Counted from the stretch's first letter, positions 1 to 8,954 are shown. The stretch is DNA of 64,000 nucleotides from an uncultured Alphaproteobacteria bacterium (GCA_944390895.1 CALXRQ010000001.1:17563-81562), one strand, 5' to 3'. A program made the numbers and translations. The notes: generated by a model from the sequence alone, not told the origin.

Positions 1-66
1 GGATTCGCTGAAATCCGCAAAAAAAAGGCTGAACAATGTTCAGCCCTTATTAAAACGGAGATTCCT

Positions 67-543
67 CTAGTTTTCCTGCTGGCTCTTGCGCGCGTTGTAC
101 ATCGCCACAAAATCAATCGGATTAATCATAAACGGCGGCAGACCGGCGTTCATTAAAGAGGTGGTAATGATATTGCGTGCAAAAGGAAACAGCATCCGCG
201 GAATTTCTACCAGCAAAACCGGTTCAATATGCTCTTGAGGCACATTAAGCTGTACCACGCCGGCATAAGTCAGTTCCAAAACAAACAGTTTCTTGCCCGG
301 AATATCGCCGTTAATGGTAAAAACCAGCTCAACGTTGTAAAAATTCTCTTCCAGACGACCGGCATTAACGTCAACGTTGATGTTAATGTCCGGATTTTGT
401 TTCACTTCGTTAAAAATCTGCGGCGCAAAAGGAATTTCCAAGGACAGATCCTTAATGTACTGATTGTTGATAACAATCGGCGCTGCCTGTCCCTGATTGC
501 TTCCGTTATTTTCGTTTTCAGGTTTTTTATTGTCCTGTTCCAT
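67..543 (-). CDS. secB: Protein-export chaperone SecB
   Basis: ORF 67..564 has SecB-like sequence (NNQYIKDLSLEIPFAPQIF, LELTYAGVV, LFPFARNII). Start moved to ATG 543 because GGGAGA lies 6 nt upstream. Confidence 0.9.
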   Translation of the reverse strand: MEQDNKKPENENNGSNQGQAAPIVINNQYIKDLSLEIPFAPQIFNEVKQNPDININVDVNAGRLEENFYNVELVFTINGDIPGKKLFVLELTYAGVVQLNVPQEHIEPVLLVEIPRMLFPFARNIITTSLMNAGLPPFMINPIDFVAMYNARKSQQEN

Positions 544-714
544 AGATAATCTCCCGATTTTCATATTAATTGCATTTAATTTAATAGTTATACTGAAAAA
601 AACTACAGGTCAATTATTTAGATGTTTTTTAATATATTTAATTTATATTGATATAATCTTTGAAAATCCCTATATTATAGCTTGTAAAAATGTTTAACAG
701 GAAAGATTTCGCAT

Positions 715-1392
715 ATGATAGCACAATATTTTGACATAATTGTCCTCTTGCTTGTTGTCGTTGTAATCTACCAGCGCCTGAAAGGGCTGTTGGGCACACG
801 TCCCGAAGGAACGGAAAGCCGCAAAATCAGCGATGAAGACGCCGCCAAAATTTTTGACATCATAATGAAAGACGCCCAAAAGGAAATCGAAGCCGAGAAA
901 ACCGAAAACCCGACAGAGCCAAAAGCCCCGGAAGAAGCCGTCAACCTCACCGAAGAAGAAAAAATATTCCGCCGCATTCCCGGTTTTGACAAAGAAACCT
1001 TTCTTAACGGCGCCAAACGCGCTTTCGAAATCATTCTCGAAGCGTTTAACAAAGGCGATACGGAAACGCTCGAAATGCTGGTCAGCAAAAATCTGCTCAA
1101 AAAGTTTCAGGCCGTTATCGAACAACGCCGCAGCGAAGGCATAACTTCAGAAACAGATTTCATCGGCTTTGACGAAACCGAAATTCAAAAAGCCCAAATC
1201 ACCAAAAACGACATTGCCGCCATTACGGTCAAATTTGTCTCTCAGCAGGTCAATATGCTTAAAAATGCCGAAGGATGCGTCATTGAAGGCGACGAGCAAT
1301 ACATACAAAGCATCACCGATGTCTGGACTTTTGAAAAATCCCTGACTTCCACCAACCCCAATTGGCTATTGGTATCGACGAAAAAACAATGA
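715..1392 (+). CDS. Tim44-like domain membrane protein
   Basis: N-terminal TM helix followed by a Tim44-like C-terminal domain (FLNGAKRAFEIILEAFNKGD ... WTFEK ... NPNWLLV). The secB/mltA neighbourhood is typical of Alphaproteobacteria. Confidence 0.8.
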   Translation: MIAQYFDIIVLLLVVVVIYQRLKGLLGTRPEGTESRKISDEDAAKIFDIIMKDAQKEIEAEKTENPTEPKAPEEAVNLTEEEKIFRRIPGFDKETFLNGAKRAFEIILEAFNKGDTETLEMLVSKNLLKKFQAVIEQRRSEGITSETDFIGFDETEIQKAQITKNDIAAITVKFVSQQVNMLKNAEGCVIEGDEQYIQSITDVWTFEKSLTSTNPNWLLVSTKKQ

Positions 1393-2546
1393 TTCAGCGT
1401 TTCCTGAAAATATTTTGCATCTGCCTGTTTCTCGTTTCCTGCGGAGAAAAGGAACAAGAAGAAAAAAACGCTTCTTCAGGTCTGGAACTGGTAAAAGCTG
1501 ATTTTTCGGATCTAAAAGGCTGGAAAAACGACCGGCTGTCCGACATTGTTCCGGCCATTGAAAAATCATGTTCGAAAATAATCACTCAAAAATCCGAATT
1601 TTTAGGCAGCGCCGAAATAAAAATTCCGACCAAAAGTTATGCCGACATCTGCTTAAAACTGCTGAAAAGCCCCAAAACGGACATCAAAAAATTCATCAAA
1701 AGCAACTTCACGCCTTATCTCGTAAAATTCAACAACTCTTCTCAGGGCAAATTCACCTCCTATTACGAGGCCGAACTTCATGCTTCCAAAACGCCGGACG
1801 AAAAATACCGTTATCCGATCTACGGGCGTCCGAACGACATAATTGAAATAAACCTGCATGATTTTGATAAAAACCTGCCGAACAAAAGATATGTCGGCCG
1901 GATTGAAAACCAAAAGCTGGTTCCTTATTACACCCGTAGCGAAATTGAAAACAACGGTATTGATGCCCCCGTCATTCTCTGGTCGGACAGTTACATAGAC
2001 ATCTACATCATGCAAATTCAGGGTTCGGCCGTCGCCACCCTGACCGACGGTTCCAAAGTGCGTATCGGCTATGCGGAAAACAACGGCCGCGACTTTAAGG
2101 GTATCGGCAGCATTTTGCTGGAAAAAGGCCTGTTAAAACCGGGCCAGACATCCATGAGCCACATAAAAAAATGGCTGAAAGAAAACATTGACGCATCAAC
2201 CGTTCACATGAACGAAAACAACCGCTACGTCTTTCACCGACTGATACAATCTCCCGGTCCGATCGGCGCTCAGGGCGTTCCGTTGACCGCCGGTCGCAGC
2301 CTTGCCGTAGACAAAGCCTATATTCCGCTGGGTGCTCTGTTATGGCTGGAAACTTCAGGTCCTGACCGGCAGCCTATAAATAAAATGGTTGTGGCTCAGG
2401 ATATCGGCGGCGCCATCAAGGGAGCCGTTCGCGGCGATTATTTCTGGGGCAGCGGCGGCGATGATATTCTCGATCTGGCCGGAAAAATGAATTCCGCCGG
2501 ACAATATTACATTCTTTTGCCTAAGAACATGGAGATAAAACAATGA
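1389..2546 (+). CDS. mltA: Membrane-bound lytic murein transglycosylase A
   Basis: Lipoprotein signal with lipobox (CLFLVSC). MltA/3D-domain motifs (AQDIGGAIKGAVRGDYFWGSG). Start set to ATG 1389, which gives an ATGA overlap with the upstream stop; the ORF track starts at 1362. Confidence 0.88.
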   Translation: MIQRFLKIFCICLFLVSCGEKEQEEKNASSGLELVKADFSDLKGWKNDRLSDIVPAIEKSCSKIITQKSEFLGSAEIKIPTKSYADICLKLLKSPKTDIKKFIKSNFTPYLVKFNNSSQGKFTSYYEAELHASKTPDEKYRYPIYGRPNDIIEINLHDFDKNLPNKRYVGRIENQKLVPYYTRSEIENNGIDAPVILWSDSYIDIYIMQIQGSAVATLTDGSKVRIGYAENNGRDFKGIGSILLEKGLLKPGQTSMSHIKKWLKENIDASTVHMNENNRYVFHRLIQSPGPIGAQGVPLTAGRSLAVDKAYIPLGALLWLETSGPDRQPINKMVVAQDIGGAIKGAVRGDYFWGSGGDDILDLAGKMNSAGQYYILLPKNMEIKQ

Positions 2547-3031
2547 AACACAGCCGCGCCGACAGTCTTACTTTCCATGCTTTGCAAAAAGCAGTAGAAC
2601 AGGACAAACTGCGCATCTATCTGGACTACGGCAAAATAAACCGACCCGGCTCGCCGATTTACAATCCCTGGGAATGCCTGCTGCCGATTTTGCTGCCGGT
2701 TCTACTCGGACTCATACTCATCGTAAGCGTCGGCGTTTTGTTCGGCTTGCTGTTCATTGTCGCCATGATTATGGTATATTCCGCTTATTTCAAAAAGAAA
2801 CTCTACCGCATCGTCATTGAACGCACAAAAAAATATCTGGTATCGGGACTGGACAATTGCGAACAGCTATGGAACTTCGGCGGTATTGTTCTGGTCAATG
2901 CCGAAAACAAAAAAATCGGCTGCGTTTCGCCGGAGGGAGACTGGAAAGAGTTTGTCGTTCTTAATTTTTCAGACTTGATGATAGATAAAAAAGAAGAAAC
3001 CGACCATGCCGAAAGAAAAACCAAAGCCTAG
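2543..3031 (+). CDS. Hypothetical membrane protein (two adjacent hydrophobic helices)
   Basis: 162-aa ORF with an ATGA overlap with mltA. Hydrophobic stretch LLPILLPVLLGLILIVSVGVLFGLLFIVAMIMVY. No recognisable domain. Confidence 0.6.
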   Translation: MKHSRADSLTFHALQKAVEQDKLRIYLDYGKINRPGSPIYNPWECLLPILLPVLLGLILIVSVGVLFGLLFIVAMIMVYSAYFKKKLYRIVIERTKKYLVSGLDNCEQLWNFGGIVLVNAENKKIGCVSPEGDWKEFVVLNFSDLMIDKKEETDHAERKTKA

Positions 3032-3548
3032 CTCCGAAGATCTGAGCTTCTGGTCGGAACTGACCAAAGACGTCACGAAAACAGAACAACCGCTGTTGAT
3101 AGAAAAAGTGCCGTCGGTTCTGCCCGAAATCCGCAATTCCGTTAACCCGCAGCACGTTTATACCGGCAACGCCTTAAACGCGCTTGACATCGGCGCCGCC
3201 CCGGATATAGACCGCAAAACGGCCGAGCGTTTCCGCCGCGGAGAATTCAAAATAGAACGACGGCTCGATTTGCACGGATATACGGAAGACCAGGCTTACG
3301 AAGCCGTCGAAAACTTTGTAAAAAACGCCTACCTGCAGGGATTGAGATGCATATTAATCGTCACCGGCAAAGGACGTCCCCATCCCGACGATGATCCGTT
3401 CGTCATTCGCGGTGTTTTAAAGGAAAAAGTCCCGCAATGGCTTAATAATCCTGTTTTAAGACCTCTTATTTTAAGCATTTCCTATTCGCGCCCGCAAGAC
3501 GGCGGGGAAGGCGCCTTGTATGTCCTTTTGCGCCGTAAGCGCGGCTGA
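3006..3548 (+). CDS. Smr-domain protein
   Basis: C-terminal Smr domain (LDLHGYTEDQAYEAVENFV, ILIVTGKG, GEGALYVLL). Confidence 0.85.
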   Translation: MPKEKPKPSSEDLSFWSELTKDVTKTEQPLLIEKVPSVLPEIRNSVNPQHVYTGNALNALDIGAAPDIDRKTAERFRRGEFKIERRLDLHGYTEDQAYEAVENFVKNAYLQGLRCILIVTGKGRPHPDDDPFVIRGVLKEKVPQWLNNPVLRPLILSISYSRPQDGGEGALYVLLRRKRG

Positions 3549-3551
3549 CTT

Positions 3552-4268
3552 TCATTCTGCCGGTTTTTCCTGTTCGCCGACATACCACAGCGCCCCTTTT
3601 ATCTTGGCCGCCAGAAAATCCTTATGCGCCTGCAAATCTGCTTCCGAAAGAGCAAAATGACGGGGCTCTCTGAATTTGCGTTCAATTTTTCCCGTCGTAA
3701 AAAGATCTGCTGCCGAAGATGTCTTTTTTTCTTCAAACATCATGGTCGGCTCCTGTCCGCCGATCAGCTGCAGATAAACTTCGGCCAGCAGTTCGGCGTC
3801 AAGCAGGGCGCCGTGTTTGGTACGGTTTGAGTTATCCACGCCGAAACGTTTGCACAAAGCGTCAAGATTGACTCTTGAGCCGGGAAACATATTGCGTGCA
3901 ATTTCCAGCGTATCAACCACCCGGTCCCAGCTGAATTCAGGTTTATTTAACGCCTTCTGCTCATAATTGCAGAAATTAATATCAAAAGAGGCATTATGCG
4001 CGACCATAACGGCGTCTTCGCCGACAAAAGCCAGCCAGTCGTCCACAATCTGGTCAAATGTCGGAAAATCTTTCAAAAACTCATAGGACAGCCCGTGCAC
4101 TTTAAAAGCATCTTCGGGAACGTCGCGCTGCGGATTGATATATTGGTGGTAAACCTTACCGGTCGGCAGATGGTTAATCAGTTCAACGGCGCCGATTTCA
4201 ACCAGACGGTCGCCTTTCGGCGCGTCAAAACCGGTTGTTTCCGTATCAAATACAATCTCCCTAACCAT
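3552..4268 (-). CDS. dnaQ: DNA polymerase III epsilon subunit (3'-5' exonuclease)
   Basis: DEDDh exonuclease motifs (VFDTETTGFD, AHNASFD, HGALLDAELLAEVY). Confidence 0.93.
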   Translation of the reverse strand: MVREIVFDTETTGFDAPKGDRLVEIGAVELINHLPTGKVYHQYINPQRDVPEDAFKVHGLSYEFLKDFPTFDQIVDDWLAFVGEDAVMVAHNASFDINFCNYEQKALNKPEFSWDRVVDTLEIARNMFPGSRVNLDALCKRFGVDNSNRTKHGALLDAELLAEVYLQLIGGQEPTMMFEEKKTSSAADLFTTGKIERKFREPRHFALSEADLQAHKDFLAAKIKGALWYVGEQEKPAE

Positions 4269-4848
4269 TGTTTTCCAACCCTTCTATAATATTTAAAATA
4301 TCCACTTTCAGCAAATTCAGCGGCACATCCGTATCGATAACCGCATCGGCCAAATCCGCTTTGGCTTTTTTGTTCATCTGCACGCTGTTGATCTTTTCAA
4401 AATGTTCGGCGCTGACGTTATCCCTTTTCATAACCCTCTGCTTTTGAATATCGTCAGCCACGTCGGCCACAATTATAAAATCGCAGTATTTATCCCATCC
4501 CATTTCAAACAGCAAAGCCACATCCAAAAAAAACAAATCGTCGCAGACCGCATTGCGGCGAATGACTGATTTTAGCTTTTCCTTCAAAAAAGGATGTATT
4601 AAAGCTTCCAGTTTTTTCAGTTTTTTATTGTCGTCAAAAACCAGATTGCGCAGCTTTCTTTTGTTAAAAATGCCGCCGTCGGCCGCTTCGGGAAAATTTT
4701 TGACAATGGTTGCAATAAAATCCTTCTGAAAATACAAGGCCCTCACCCATCCGTCAACGTCAAACACACTGTAACCCAAGGCTTTGATAATCTTGGCAAT
4801 AGTTGTCTTTCCGCAGCCGATAGAACCGGTTATTGCAATAAGTTTCAT
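4261..4848 (-). CDS. coaE: Dephospho-CoA kinase
   Basis: MKLIAITGSIGCGKTT P-loop at the N-terminus. Start placed at ATG 4848 rather than the longer ORF start at 4914. 8-nt overlap with dnaQ. Confidence 0.9.
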   Translation of the reverse strand: MKLIAITGSIGCGKTTIAKIIKALGYSVFDVDGWVRALYFQKDFIATIVKNFPEAADGGIFNKRKLRNLVFDDNKKLKKLEALIHPFLKEKLKSVIRRNAVCDDLFFLDVALLFEMGWDKYCDFIIVADVADDIQKQRVMKRDNVSAEHFEKINSVQMNKKAKADLADAVIDTDVPLNLLKVDILNIIEGLENNG

Positions 4849-4932
4849 TGTTTGTACCTTAAAATGACGACAGCCCCTTGAAAAAAAATCTTCAGAGCCT
4901 AAATCATATATCAATTCAAACGGTTACCCCAG

Positions 4933-4964
4933 TTATTAACAGCTCGTTAACTTTCTGTGCATAA
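4933..4964 (+). repeat. Composite repeat copy 1: TTAA-N7-TTAA (4936-4950) followed by TGTGCATAA (4956-4964)
   Basis: ttattaacagctcgttaactttctgtgcataa. Near-identical to copy 2, with a 3-nt indel. Confidence 0.7.
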
Positions 4965-5171
4965 CTGAACCTCTGTCTGCATTTATACAATTTTATCGGC
5001 GCAAAACAAATTTATATATATAAGTTATATACAAGTTAATAACTTAAATTAACATAACAAAAAAGCGTGGATAAATTCTTTTATCAACAAAAGCCGCAAA
5101 AAAAACTTTGCCGCAATAGCCGCTTGAAAAAGAATCAAAAAAGGAATCCGTCTGATTTTTGATTCACAAAC

Positions 5172-5200
5172 TTATTAACAAACCGTTAAACTGTGCATAA
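5172..5200 (+). repeat. Composite repeat copy 2: TTAA-N7-TTAA (5175-5189) followed by TGTGCATAA (5192-5200)
   Basis: ttattaacaaaccgttaaactgtgcataa. Same orientation as copy 1 and 239 bp downstream of it. Confidence 0.7.
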
Positions 5201-5371
5201 AATTCGGTATAAAAATTAATACACAGGATTCACCGCGATTCACTATCAACTACTAAATTTTAAAAATTATATATTTAGCCCTGCGGGGCTGTGAATAAAA
5301 CGTCGGGTTCATACCCAAAATTTACATACCGGAAAGATAAATTAACTCTCCCTGGTTTTGTCAAAACTTTA

Positions 5372-5400
5372 TTGACAAAATTGAAATAACATAATATAAA
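5372..5400 (+). promoter_or_regulatory. Putative sigma70-type rho promoter
   Basis: TTGACA (5372-5377), 17-nt spacer, TATAAA (5395-5400). The -35 element is embedded in the inverted repeat TTTTGTCAA-N7-TTGACAAAA (5356-5380). Confidence 0.4.
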
Positions 5401-5491
5401 TTTTCCAACTTACCGATTACAGTTAACAAATAACGCTTAACAAAAGTTTAATCCCTTAAACTTATTCCCAATATACTATCTCAAGGTTAAT

Positions 5492-6745
5492 ATGAATTTA
5501 AAAGATCTAAAACAGAAATCTCCTAAAGAACTGCTCACTGAAGCTGAAGATTTAGGCATTGAAGACGCTTCTTCCATGCGCAAACAAGACTTAATGTTTG
5601 CCATTTTGAAAAAAGTTGCCAGCGAAGACAACATTATTTACGGTGAAGGTACAATCGAAGTTCTGCAAGACGGCTTCGGTTTTTTACGATCCAGCCAGTC
5701 AAACTATCTTGCCGGACCTGATGACATTTATGTTTCGCCTTCTCAGGTTAAAAAATTCGGACTCCGCACCGGCGATACCGTAGAAGGAGAAATCCGCGCG
5801 CCGAAAGACAATGAACGCTATTTTGCCCTGACGAAAGTCAATCGCATAAACTTTGAAGATCCCGAACTATCCAAACTCCGTATTAACTTTGATAACCTCA
5901 CGCCTCTTTACCCCACTGAAAAATTAGATTTTGACATTATCTGCGGCGACAAAGATTATACGACCCGTGTCATTGATCTAATTGCTCCGCAGGGTAAGGG
6001 CCAGCGCGGATTGATTGTGGCGCCGCCGCGTACGGGTAAAACGGTTATGCTGCAAAACATTGCGCATGCAATTGCAACCAATCATCCGGAAGCTTACCTT
6101 ATGGTTTTGCTTATTGACGAACGTCCGGAAGAAGTAACTGATATGACGCGCTCCGTCAAAGGCGAAGTCATTTCATCCACTTTTGACGAACCGGCCGCCC
6201 GCCATGTTCAGGTTGCTGAAATGGTTATTGAAAAAGCCAAACGTTTGGTTGAAACCAAAAAAGACGTCATTATCCTGTTAGATTCCATCACGCGTCTCGG
6301 TCGTGCTTACAATACTGTTATCCCTTCTTCGGGCAAGGTTTTGACCGGCGGTGTCGACGCCAATGCCCTGCAGCGTCCCAAACGACTGCTTGGTGCCGCT
6401 CGCAACGTTGAAGAAGGAGGGTCTCTGACCATTATTGCTACGGCTCTGATTGATACCGGTTCCCGCATGGATGAGGTTATTTTTGAAGAATTCAAAGGCA
6501 CCGGCAACTCCGAAATCATTTTAGACCGTAAACTGACGGACAAACGTCTGTTTCCGACCATTGACATCACCCGTTCCGGCACGCGTAAAGAAGAACTGCT
6601 GGTTGATAAGGCAACCTTGTCCAAGATGTGGGTTCTGCGTCGCGTTCTGATGCAGATGGGCATGACCGACGGTATGGAATTCCTGCTGGATAAGTTGAAA
6701 CAAAGCAAAGACAATCAGGATTTCTTCAATACTATGAATTCTTAA
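5492..6745 (+). CDS. rho: Transcription termination factor Rho
   Basis: Rho N-terminal and cold-shock-like RNA-binding region (GFGFLR), Walker A (APPRTGKT), and a highly conserved C-terminal ATPase. Confidence 0.97.
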   Translation: MNLKDLKQKSPKELLTEAEDLGIEDASSMRKQDLMFAILKKVASEDNIIYGEGTIEVLQDGFGFLRSSQSNYLAGPDDIYVSPSQVKKFGLRTGDTVEGEIRAPKDNERYFALTKVNRINFEDPELSKLRINFDNLTPLYPTEKLDFDIICGDKDYTTRVIDLIAPQGKGQRGLIVAPPRTGKTVMLQNIAHAIATNHPEAYLMVLLIDERPEEVTDMTRSVKGEVISSTFDEPAARHVQVAEMVIEKAKRLVETKKDVIILLDSITRLGRAYNTVIPSSGKVLTGGVDANALQRPKRLLGAARNVEEGGSLTIIATALIDTGSRMDEVIFEEFKGTGNSEIILDRKLTDKRLFPTIDITRSGTRKEELLVDKATLSKMWVLRRVLMQMGMTDGMEFLLDKLKQSKDNQDFFNTMNS

Positions 6746-6749
6746 AAAG

Positions 6750-6783
6750 AAAAGCTCCTTACTAAAGGAGCTTTTCTTTTTTT
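6750..6783 (+). terminator. Intrinsic terminator after rho
   Basis: Stem aaaagctcctt / aaggagctttt with loop acta, followed by a T-run. Confidence 0.8.
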
Positions 6784-7012
6784 GCCGGATAATAATAAAA
6801 ATAGATTTTTTTTATATAATACATTTTGAGTTGTGAAAAAACGAGTCCGAAATTTGCCCGTACAAAAGAAATTTGCCAGGTAGATGATAAATGTGTCATA
6901 AAAAAGGCTTTACCCTCTCCTGAGTCAAAAAATAGCTGTTTTTGCAGAGTCGCTTTTAAATGTTGCTTTCATTCTACAATCTTATTATAAAAAATGCGTA
7001 AGGAGAAATTTT

Positions 7013-8356
7013 ATGACAGCTGAAACCATTTATGCTTTATCCACGGTTTACGGAAAGTCGGGCGTTGCCGTTATCCGCGTTTCCGGACCTTCGGCTTTGC
7101 AGGCCGTTGCGCAAATGACGGATATTGACGTTTCCGTCATAAAACCGCGTTATGCTTATTTTTCTAAAATTAAAGACGTTGATTCACGTGAAACATTGGA
7201 TCAAGGTCTGGTTTTATATTTTAATGCGCCGAATTCTTTTACCGGAGAAGACATTGTCGAGTTTCAAACCCACGGTTCCAAAGCAGTCATAAATTCACTG
7301 ATGGACAATTTAAGCCGACTGCCGGACTTTCGTCTGGCCGAGCCCGGAGAATATTCAAGACGGGCTTTTTACAACGGCAAGATGGATTTGACCGAGGCCG
7401 AGGGCTTGGCTGATCTGATTGATTCGGAAACAACCGAACAGCAAAAATATGCTATGCGCCAAATGGAAGGAGGTTTGAAAAACCTTTACGAAGACTGGCG
7501 TGCGCGGCTGGTAAAAATTCTTGCTTATTTGGAAGCCTTCATTGATTTTCCGGAGGAAGAGATTCCTTCATCTGTTATTGCCGATATGAAAAACACCGTA
7601 TTTAAACTTGAAGATGAGATAAATCAGCACCTGAACGGTGATTCAATCGGCGAACGTCTGCGAGAGGGGTTTAGGGTTGTCATCGTCGGTTCGCCCAATG
7701 CCGGAAAATCAAGCCTGCTTAATGCCATTGTTAAAAGGGATGCCGTAATTGTGTCTGATGTTGCCGGCACCACCCGCGATGCCATAGATGTCCATTTGGA
7801 TTTAAATGGTTATCCGGTGATGTTTACCGATACGGCCGGTCTGCGGGAGACCGAAGAGGAAATAGAAAAGAAAGGCATCGACATCGCCTATTCCAAAATT
7901 CATGACGCTGATTTGGTCATTTGTTTGTTTGACGCATCGCAAGACAATGTTCAGGTCTTTGATAAAATTAGAAATTCATTTAAAAACAAAGCTCTGTTTG
8001 TTGCCAACAAAAGCGACAAACTCTCGCCCGATCAATGCTCTAATCTAAAAAAATCCGGTTGTCTGGTCATTTCTGCCAAATATAAAGAAGGCGTTGACGA
8101 TCTTTTGCAAAAAATCGGAGATAATATAAAAGAACGTTTTACTTCCAACTCGAGCTTGTTGATTACCCGCCGCCGCTATCGCGAAGCTTTGAAAGATGCT
8201 GTCGACAATCTGCGGGCTTTCGGTTTTGACAAAGAAATTGAATTGACCGCCGAAGACATAAGACTGGCGGCTCGTGCTTTGGGAAAAATAACCGGCCGTA
8301 TAGAGGTGGACGAGGTTTTGGATAAGATTTTCGGAGATTTTTGTATCGGAAAATAA
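7013..8356 (+). CDS. mnmE: tRNA modification GTPase MnmE
   Basis: G-domain (GSPNAGKSSLLN, DTAG), C-terminal FCIGK motif, strong SD (AGGAGA). Confidence 0.95.
   Translation: MTAETIYALSTVYGKSGVAVIRVSGPSALQAVAQMTDIDVSVIKPRYAYFSKIKDVDSRETLDQGLVLYFNAPNSFTGEDIVEFQTHGSKAVINSLMDNLSRLPDFRLAEPGEYSRRAFYNGKMDLTEAEGLADLIDSETTEQQKYAMRQMEGGLKNLYEDWRARLVKILAYLEAFIDFPEEEIPSSVIADMKNTVFKLEDEINQHLNGDSIGERLREGFRVVIVGSPNAGKSSLLNAIVKRDAVIVSDVAGTTRDAIDVHLDLNGYPVMFTDTAGLRETEEEIEKKGIDIAYSKIHDADLVICLFDASQDNVQVFDKIRNSFKNKALFVANKSDKLSPDQCSNLKKSGCLVISAKYKEGVDDLLQKIGDNIKERFTSNSSLLITRRRYREALKDAVDNLRAFGFDKEIELTAEDIRLAARALGKITGRIEVDEVLDKIFGDFCIGK
7180..7195. promoter_or_regulatory. parS-like site (15/16 match to TGTTTCACGTGAAACA)
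   Basis: TGATTCACGTGAAACA inside mnmE. Confidence 0.7.
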
Positions 8357-8425
8357 TCGTGCTCATATGTTAAAGGCGGCGCTTTGATTAAGAAGTGTCG
8401 TCTTTTTTATTTGTCAATTTGTCTA

Positions 8426-8454
8426 TTGACCTTGACATATCCTTGTGTTATAGT
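8426..8454 (+). promoter_or_regulatory. Putative promoter of orphan gene 8505..8954
   Basis: TTGACC (8426-8431), 17-nt spacer, TGtTATAGT extended -10 (8446-8454). Confidence 0.4.
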
Positions 8455-8504
8455 TCATATCAGTCGTTAATTACTTATATACTATCACTAAAAAATTATT
8501 AAAA

Positions 8505-8954
8505 ATGAGAAAGCTTAGCACGGGAATCAGTTTTCTGATTTCCAAAAATCTCCAACCGCTTCCGGAAGAAGAATTGTTTGAGATCATCATGGATCAAAAC
8601 TACTTTGGCAATGATCATCTTGAGATGTTGTTTTACGACCGGAAAACATTGAAACAGTTGGCTGAAGACGTAAAAGAGTTTGTCAGCCTGTTTGAGAACC
8701 ACAGTCAGAGCTTTCCTGTTTTGCTCTTGATTGAAAATTCTGACGCAAAGTTGGAAAAGCTGGAAACCATGCGCGGCAGTTATATTGCTGCCGTTGAAGA
8801 TTTCGTCGGCATTTACCGAAAAGGAAAAATTTATGACAACTACCTTGAAGCTTTGCTGCTCTTGTCTTTGGCGTACCGCTGTCCGGAATATTTTTCCGAA
8901 AGCGTTGTTGCTGCGCTGTTGAATTACTGCTCGCACGCCGGAATCTGGTTCTAA
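8505..8954 (+). CDS. Hypothetical protein (orphan, 149 aa)
   Basis: Balanced amino-acid composition. Bracketed by its own promoter-like element and an intrinsic terminator on the + strand. The overlapping minus-strand ORF 8499..9026 looks like an antisense shadow. Confidence 0.55.
   Translation: MRKLSTGISFLISKNLQPLPEEELFEIIMDQNYFGNDHLEMLFYDRKTLKQLAEDVKEFVSLFENHSQSFPVLLLIENSDAKLEKLETMRGSYIAAVEDFVGIYRKGKIYDNYLEALLLLSLAYRCPEYFSESVVAALLNYCSHAGIWF

Larger units (their letters stand above)
4915..5491. other. Candidate chromosomal replication origin (Cori-like) plus rho promoter/leader
   Basis: Longest non-coding gap in the window and AT-rich. DnaA-box-like 9-mers, each one mismatch from TTATCCACA or TGATCCACA, at 4956-4964, 5066-5074, 5081-5089, 5159-5167, 5192-5200 and 5290-5298. 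Two TTAA-N7-TTAA motifs and five GANTC sites. Divergent transcription on both sides. Confidence 0.5.
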
